Origin: Dehalococcoidia bacterium UBA7891
GTDB lineage: Bacteria > Chloroflexota > Dehalococcoidia > Lucifugimonadales > UBA826
NCBI GenBank assembly: GCA_002500485.1
Contig: DLRJ01000072.1
Coordinates: forward strand, 982-64,981
Length of the DNA stretch: 64,000 bases
Reading direction: 5' to 3'
Both the position numbers and the translations under genes were made by a program. Shown here piece after piece: positions 58,587 to 64,000 of the stretch (the stretch's first letter is position 1; each line of letters starts with the position of its first letter). Under the pieces are notes generated by a model that worked only from the letters and a program-made list of their open reading frames with translations, made no database searches and was not told where the DNA came from.

Positions 58587-58940
58587 AAATTCCTACTGCT
58601 ATTTCTTGCTGATGCTATGTCTCCCTGTTGGCATTTAAATTAAACGAAGGCGCATCTCAACCAGCGTATCCAACAAGCACAATTTATATAGACTAACTAA
58701 GTACCCCCATATACTACATAAATTTTTTCTTATGAATAGTGCAACCCAGCAGATCATTAAGTTTAATTTGACATAAAAGGTACTATTCGGTAACTTTATA
58801 GCCTCATGATAACTAATAGAAAATACGGCTTACTCAAGCAGACTATGTGCCTCGTGAGTGCATACCGTCTTGCAGGTAAGTGTTCTTGTATGAATTAACA
58901 AGGGGTATTTTTCTAGTCGCTTAATGGCGAATAAACATAA

Positions 58941-58974
58941 CCCCGTCCGCATTGGCTGGACGGGGTTTTTTTTT
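58941..58974 (+). terminator. intrinsic terminator located 27 nt upstream of the tusA-like start codon
   Basis: CCCCGTCC (58941-58948) pairs with GGACGGGG (58958-58965) across a 9-nt loop, followed by T9 (58966-58974). Confidence 0.75.
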
Positions 58975-59001
58975 GAATAAACACAAAGGAGTTTTCGAAA
59001 A

Positions 59002-59244
59002 ATGCCAAATGACTCAAATCCAATTTTGCTGGACGTAAGAGGTGAAATATGCCCTTATCCAATGCTCAGAACGAATAAGGAACTAGATAATTCGAAACAA
59101 CCGCTGACAGCTTTGGATGTACTAACTGATCACCCACCAGCACTGTCCACTATACCTCCTGAAGCCATGAAACGAGGGTATGGGTGCGAAATTGAAGAGA
59201 TGGAAGCCGGTGAATGGAAAATTCGTTTATTTAAACCAGAGTAG
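59002..59244 (+). CDS. TusA/SirA-family sulfurtransferase (YedF/YeeD-like)
   Basis: 80 aa with the LDVRGEICPYP CPxP motif. AAGGAG lies 10 nt upstream. Confidence 0.85.
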   Translation: MPNDSNPILLDVRGEICPYPMLRTNKELDNSKQPLTALDVLTDHPPALSTIPPEAMKRGYGCEIEEMEAGEWKIRLFKPE

Positions 59245-59280
59245 AGATATCTACATAAAAAACGTTACAGGAGCACAGAT

Positions 59281-60225
59281 ATGCTGATACACCGATTGAC
59301 CAAAATGGGTTTTGGAATGCTAGTAGGAGCGCTAATTTTAGGCGTCCTAAGTGCCTGCTCAAGCACTTCCGGTGTGTCTGAAGACACATCATTGGATAGT
59401 AGAGGTTACTCATCCACAGAGCGACTGGTGTCAACAAAATGGGTCGCAGATAATCTCGACAACAAAAATGTAAAGGTTATTGATATCAGAAAAGCTGAAG
59501 ACTATGACGCTGGACACATTCCTGGTGCCTTAAACTACTCTTCCAAAGAACTCCAGGTTGAATCTGGAGGGGTGAAAGGTTTAATCCCACCATCAACAGA
59601 TATTTCGAATAAACTTAGTTCTTTAGGTATAAAAAGTGACGACACCATAATCATCTATGACGGCATAAAAAATCTCTGGTCAACAAGGTTTTTGTGGACA
59701 CTGGATGTATACGGTCATGATGACGCAAGGATGATGGACGGTTCCTTTGGTTTGTGGGAAAAAGAAAACAGGAAAATTACCGCCGATGCTACTCCAGCAA
59801 AGACCTCTACCTATAAATTCACAGGTACGGCCAATAGTGAACTGGTCACAAGTATAGAGACAGTACTGGGTTCCTTAGATGATTCCTCCTCGGTAGTCCT
59901 AGACACCAGAGGGGCAGAGGAATTTGCAGGACGTGATGTAAGGGCCAGTAGAGGGGGCCATATTCCAGGTTCCATACATGTTGAATGGGTGAACAACGTT
60001 GATGAAGATGGTAGATTTCTACCTGCCTCAGATTTAAAAGAATTGTATGCATCTGCGTACATAACGGACGAGTTAGGCGATATTTATACCTTATGCCAAA
60101 CGGCAGTCAGGGCAACCCACAGCTGGTATGTACTGGCTGATCTACTTGGCTTTGATAATGTATCCGTCTATGATGGGTCTTGGACTGAATGGGGTAACAG
60201 AGAAGATACACCTATCGACTCCTAG
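59281..60225 (+). CDS. tandem-rhodanese sulfurtransferase, predicted lipoprotein
   Basis: The signal peptide has lipobox LSAC. There are two rhodanese domains. The C-terminal one carries the active-site loop CQTAVRAT, followed by YDGSWTEW. Confidence 0.8.
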   Translation: MLIHRLTKMGFGMLVGALILGVLSACSSTSGVSEDTSLDSRGYSSTERLVSTKWVADNLDNKNVKVIDIRKAEDYDAGHIPGALNYSSKELQVESGGVKGLIPPSTDISNKLSSLGIKSDDTIIIYDGIKNLWSTRFLWTLDVYGHDDARMMDGSFGLWEKENRKITADATPAKTSTYKFTGTANSELVTSIETVLGSLDDSSSVVLDTRGAEEFAGRDVRASRGGHIPGSIHVEWVNNVDEDGRFLPASDLKELYASAYITDELGDIYTLCQTAVRATHSWYVLADLLGFDNVSVYDGSWTEWGNREDTPIDS

Positions 60226-60353
60226 ATCAGACTAGGATTCTACTAGGACAACAGTAAAGCACTGCTCATGTTGCTCATCAACCCAAATGAATAACATGGG
60301 CAGTTTTCAATTTCGCACGATACCCAATAATAAGAATTAATAGGAGCATCAGT

Positions 60354-61142
60354 ATGGGAACTTTAGATGGCAGGGTAGCTTTAGTAACGGGATCAAGCCG
60401 AGGAATTGGAGAATACATGGCTCTCCATTTTGCAAAAGCTGGAGCCAAAGTGGCGATTGCTGCTCGGACTACTGAAGTAACCGATAAAAGACTCCCGGGC
60501 ACCATTTATTCGGTGGCAGAATCAATCAATAAAGATGGCGGTGAGGCAATTGGAGTCCAAATGAATATGAGAGACCCTGAAAGTATCACAGCCGGGGTCG
60601 ATGAAACGGTGGAAAAACTCGGGGGACTCGATATAGTAGTCAACAATGCCGCGATATTGGTTCCTGGATCGCTCGAAACCGTCCAAGACAGGCACATCGA
60701 TTTAATATGGCAAATAGATTTACGCGGACCATTAATCCTGATGAAACGTGCCCTGCCCCACCTGAAATCGGCAGGTGCGGGAGATTTCATAAATGTATCT
60801 TCAGTCGCTGGCGTTTTCCCAGGACCAGGACCTTATGAGGACACCCCTTCTAGAAGAGACGGGAGTTTTTATGGAATGATAAAAGCTGGGTTAGAGCGAT
60901 TTTCACAGGGGCTTGCCAAAGAGTTGCAAGGAGACAAAATTAAAGTGAATGTACTTTCCCCTCAAGGTCGTATTAAAACCCCAGGAAATATATGGGCCGA
61001 AAACGATCCGGAAAACCCATCCCTTGAATTTGAAGCTGCTGATGAAATGGGCAAAGCGGGTGTATGGATATGCGAACAACCTAACACCTATACTGGCCAT
61101 ATCCTTTTTGATCAAGATGTTTGTAAAGAGCAAAATTTGTAG
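60354..61142 (+). CDS. SDR-family oxidoreductase
   Basis: TGSSRGIGEY, NNAA and YGMIKAG (YxxxK). Confidence 0.85.
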   Translation: MGTLDGRVALVTGSSRGIGEYMALHFAKAGAKVAIAARTTEVTDKRLPGTIYSVAESINKDGGEAIGVQMNMRDPESITAGVDETVEKLGGLDIVVNNAAILVPGSLETVQDRHIDLIWQIDLRGPLILMKRALPHLKSAGAGDFINVSSVAGVFPGPGPYEDTPSRRDGSFYGMIKAGLERFSQGLAKELQGDKIKVNVLSPQGRIKTPGNIWAENDPENPSLEFEAADEMGKAGVWICEQPNTYTGHILFDQDVCKEQNL

Positions 61143-61173
61143 TAAGGAAACAGATAGCCATTCCAATATAACT

Positions 61174-61896
61174 ATGCCTCTGCAACATCTACGGTTACTT
61201 CATACCTCAGACACACATCTTGGGGATCATCTAGGTCACCCGTCGTCGAACAACGCCTTACAGAAGGTTGTATCTGAAACAATTCTCTTAGGAGCAGATT
61301 TTCTATTGTTGGCCGGGGACGTATTTGATAACGAAAGAATATCTGACGAAACTGTAAAATTTTTCTTGGATGAAATATATAAATTAGAAACACCTGTAAT
61401 TTTATTACCGGGTAATCATGATTTGATGCACGACACATCCATATATAAACGGGGGATTTTCAAAGATTATCCCAGCAACCTTTTTATATTTAAGGAGGAG
61501 GACGGTGAGATTATTGAATTCTATGATCAAGGTATCAAATTCTGGGGTAAAGCCATGTCTGAGCACAGTCCTTCTTTCCAACCGTTGTCACCGCTCCCTC
61601 ACCCTGAAAAAAACACGTGGTTTATAGGCATGGCCCACGGACATTTCGAGGCGATAGAAACCAATTCCGGGAGGTCATCATTAATATCCCCAGGAGAGAT
61701 CAACAAATCACCTTTTAATTATATTGCTCTAGGCCACTGGGACCTCTACACCGATGTATCCCAAGGACAAAACCTTGCGGTTTACTCGGGATGTCCTATG
61801 ACCATAGGGGCTAAAAGTGGACCAGGGTTTGTGAGTCTTGTGGATTTGGATCCTGAAAAAGGAACACTCTACGAGAAATGGGCCATCAAATCTTAA
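61174..61896 (+). CDS. metallophosphoesterase
   Basis: LLHTSDTHLGD, LLAGDVFD and LPGNHD, which are calcineurin-like motifs I-III. ATG 61174 removes a non-homologous extension that overlaps the SDR gene. Confidence 0.8.
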   Translation: MPLQHLRLLHTSDTHLGDHLGHPSSNNALQKVVSETILLGADFLLLAGDVFDNERISDETVKFFLDEIYKLETPVILLPGNHDLMHDTSIYKRGIFKDYPSNLFIFKEEDGEIIEFYDQGIKFWGKAMSEHSPSFQPLSPLPHPEKNTWFIGMAHGHFEAIETNSGRSSLISPGEINKSPFNYIALGHWDLYTDVSQGQNLAVYSGCPMTIGAKSGPGFVSLVDLDPEKGTLYEKWAIKS

Positions 61897-62705
61897 TTTA
61901 TACCGACAGTTGCTCCACCATCTATTACAACCATGGCCCCTGTTATATACGATGCCTCCGCCGAGGCCAGAAATAAGGCTAAATTTGCTACTTCTTCCGG
62001 TTTGCCTACACGATCCATTAGCGACATGGATGACGCTTCCTGAATAAATCCTTCTGGGTCTGCCGGGTCTATCTTTTTTTGTCTAGAAATGCCCCTTTGA
62101 TACCAACCCTCAGTATGTATATCTCCAGGGCATATGCCATTAACCCTAATACCATATTCCCCCCAATCCATAGCCAAACACCTCGTCAGCTGGGCTATAG
62201 CTCCCTTGGTAGAGTTATATGGCAGTGATTTTGCCTGGGCAATAAAACTACTAATCGAAGCAATATTGACGATTGTGGGATGATCACTTTTCTTCAAATA
62301 TTTGAGGGTAGATTTACATACATTGGCAGTTCCGATGACATTCACTAAAATGGCCTTCATCCACTCCTGGTAATCCAAAACATCTGCCCCGCCAAAAGTA
62401 AACGAAGCGGCATTATTGACTACAGAATCAACACCACCCATAACTTCAACAGCATATTCCACCATTTTTTTTACCTCTGCCATGTCCGACACATCAGTCT
62501 TACAAAAATGAACTCCCCCACCGGAACTAGATGCCAAACTTGGTATAATCCCATTCGAGTCTTCTTTAACATCTGCCACTAAAACGATGGCACCTTCCTT
62601 AATAAAACGACTAACTATTGCCAATCCAATACCAGACATTCCGCCCGTAACAATTACTTTTTTTCCTTCTAATCTCATATCAGTCATGGAATCTCGTTTT
62701 ACCAC
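61893..62705 (-). CDS. SDR-family oxidoreductase
   Basis: TGGMSGIGLA, NNAA and YNSTKGAI (YxxxK). Confidence 0.88.
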   Translation of the reverse strand: MVKRDSMTDMRLEGKKVIVTGGMSGIGLAIVSRFIKEGAIVLVADVKEDSNGIIPSLASSSGGGVHFCKTDVSDMAEVKKMVEYAVEVMGGVDSVVNNAASFTFGGADVLDYQEWMKAILVNVIGTANVCKSTLKYLKKSDHPTIVNIASISSFIAQAKSLPYNSTKGAIAQLTRCLAMDWGEYGIRVNGICPGDIHTEGWYQRGISRQKKIDPADPEGFIQEASSMSLMDRVGKPEEVANLALFLASAEASYITGAMVVIDGGATVGIN

Positions 62706-63391
62706 TACCCTTTATGGTTTTCGATCCGTTCTAGATCTGTTTTGGTAAAATATGGATCGAGTAAAGTGACCACTTCCTCTAATGTGTCTTCAGGACTATC
62801 TATGGAAGTATCCACCTTAACTACTGGCCCTATGTCACTTTTCGATATGAAATATTGGTAATCAGCCATTACATCCTCGATATCTTCAACCTGCAGGGGA
62901 CTATTAGTATGTTCTGGGTGGTCTTTCAGAGCGAGCATTCGTGATTCGATGATGTCGGGGGAGGCAACCATGTGCACCGTTATTATAGGATCAGTGGTAA
63001 TTTGCTTTATACGATTTTCAATACCGACGAAAACATTGTTCCTGTCGAATTGTTCTCCGTCTAACCCATAACCATAATATCTTCTTGCATAAACGGCTTC
63101 TTCAATGTGGAACCCCACCGACAAATCATCTTCTTGAACATAGTGGTGTATGTGGTAATACATTCCATAACGATGGTACATCTCTTTTAATTTTGGAGAC
63201 AAATTCAATATTTGTTCCTGTTCTTCCAATGTGGTGTCATCAGGATGTCCAGAGGTATGAGGCAGTTTCGAATGGTCGTGTACCAATCCCATAAAAAAGG
63301 GTTCGCCCATGTTTTTTAACTTCCAGTCACTCAGCATTCTGGAAATAGTAGTGGATCCGACATATTCAATACCAGCTAATATTACTTTCAT
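62705..63391 (-). CDS. hypothetical P-loop-kinase-like protein with lysine-less Walker A
   Basis: 228 aa. The N-terminus KVILAGIEYVGSTTIS resembles GxxxxGK[ST], but with GST in place of GK[ST]. No further family motif recognised. Confidence 0.45.
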   Translation of the reverse strand: MKVILAGIEYVGSTTISRMLSDWKLKNMGEPFFMGLVHDHSKLPHTSGHPDDTTLEEQEQILNLSPKLKEMYHRYGMYYHIHHYVQEDDLSVGFHIEEAVYARRYYGYGLDGEQFDRNNVFVGIENRIKQITTDPIITVHMVASPDIIESRMLALKDHPEHTNSPLQVEDIEDVMADYQYFISKSDIGPVVKVDTSIDSPEDTLEEVVTLLDPYFTKTDLERIENHKG

Positions 63392-63571
63392 AACTCAATT
63401 CCTTAATTTGTACTTTTCAACCTAGAATGGATAATCACACAAGTGTTTGATTTTGTATAGATCGAACTCTTTCTACTTGCTCAACCCTATCTCAAAATTG
63501 CGCCCAATTTACGACTATGCTCACTATTGGCTCTGATATACTGAATATTTGAAAATTCATCGACAGGAAGC

Positions 63572-64000
63572 ATGAAATTGGCCGCAATTGACTCATCTCT
63601 AGACATAGAAAAAATAAGCTCCTTATGTAAACGGAGAGGATTTGTTTATCAAAGCAGCGAAATCTATGGTGGATTGGCCAGCACTTGGGATTATGGACCG
63701 TTAGGTGTTGAATTAAAAAGAAACGTCAAAGATCACTGGTGGAACACCATGGTATGGGAAAGAGATGACATGGTAGGGCTGGATGCCTCCATTCTCATGC
63801 ACCCTGACACATGGCGAGCGAGTGGCCATCTGGAAAGTTTCACTGACCCTTTGGTGGAATGTAGTGATTGCAATCGAAGGTACCGTGAAGACCATATTGA
63901 AACTGAAGTCTGCCCAGAATGTTCAGGGGCGTTAACCGAACCCAGACTTTTTCACCTAATGTTCAAAACCTTCATGGGTCCAGTTGAAGAGGATGCCTCA
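63572..64000 (+). CDS. glyQS: glycine--tRNA ligase (dimeric GlyQS type), N-terminal fragment; 3' end outside window
   Basis: The frame is open to the window edge. KRRGFVYQSSEIYGGLASTWDYGPLGVELKRNVKDHWW and FHLMFKT are typical of GlyQS. AGGAAG lies upstream of ATG 63572. Confidence 0.88.
   Translation, partial: MKLAAIDSSLDIEKISSLCKRRGFVYQSSEIYGGLASTWDYGPLGVELKRNVKDHWWNTMVWERDDMVGLDASILMHPDTWRASGHLESFTDPLVECSDCNRRYREDHIETEVCPECSGALTEPRLFHLMFKTFMGPVEEDAS

Noticed and set aside
60949-61173. 75-residue N-terminal extension of the metallophosphoesterase ORF
   Set aside because: It overlaps the 3' end of the SDR gene in another frame. The phosphoesterase motif I (LLHTSDTHLGD) begins right after ATG 61174.

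Overview
This is a gene-dense, AT-leaning chromosomal window of about 70 genes with no transposase, integrase, prophage or CRISPR signature. All protein calls come from motifs read in the supplied translations; no database search was run.

Content:
- Housekeeping genes: pgk-apgM-tpiA, miaA, dapF plus a DapL-like aminotransferase, hflX, smpB, coaD-rsmD, lysS, ileS and glyQS.
- Five tRNA genes.
- Transport: a nucleoside-type ABC uptake and salvage operon, and a GldA/F/G-like ABC module.
- Many redox paralogues: 2 luciferase-like monooxygenases, 4 SDRs, an aldo/keto reductase and a cupin.

The T-box leader, the DapL route, lipobox lipoproteins and the LLM/SDR expansion fit a marine Chloroflexota-like (SAR202-type) genome. 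That placement is inference only.

Main result: a selenocysteine-decoding signature the ORF track cannot see.
- ORFs 20596..20886 and 20908..21129 are one gene. They are joined by an in-frame TGA inside the motif D-U-G-S-C-S-S-C.
- A SECIS-like hairpin starts about 9-14 nt downstream of that TGA.
- A 98-nt tRNA with anticodon UCA and tRNA-Sec architecture (selC) lies 2.2 kb away, at 23347..23444.
- An uncharacterised 354-aa gene sits immediately upstream of the selenoprotein.
- A YeeE/YedE, TusA and rhodanese sulfur/selenium-trafficking cluster lies at 57-60 kb.

Other findings:
- An Ile-specific T-box leader upstream of ileS.
- An FAD-oxidoreductase gene broken by a TAA codon and by a 1-nt frame change at an A_AAA_AAG heptamer.
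- An hflX gene whose conserved N-terminus has no canonical start codon.
- An orphan 338-aa protein with a possible TIR-like C-terminus.
- A structured, terminator-ended leader upstream of the tusA-rhodanese pair.
- A signal-less DUF1501/DUF1800/NHL operon.
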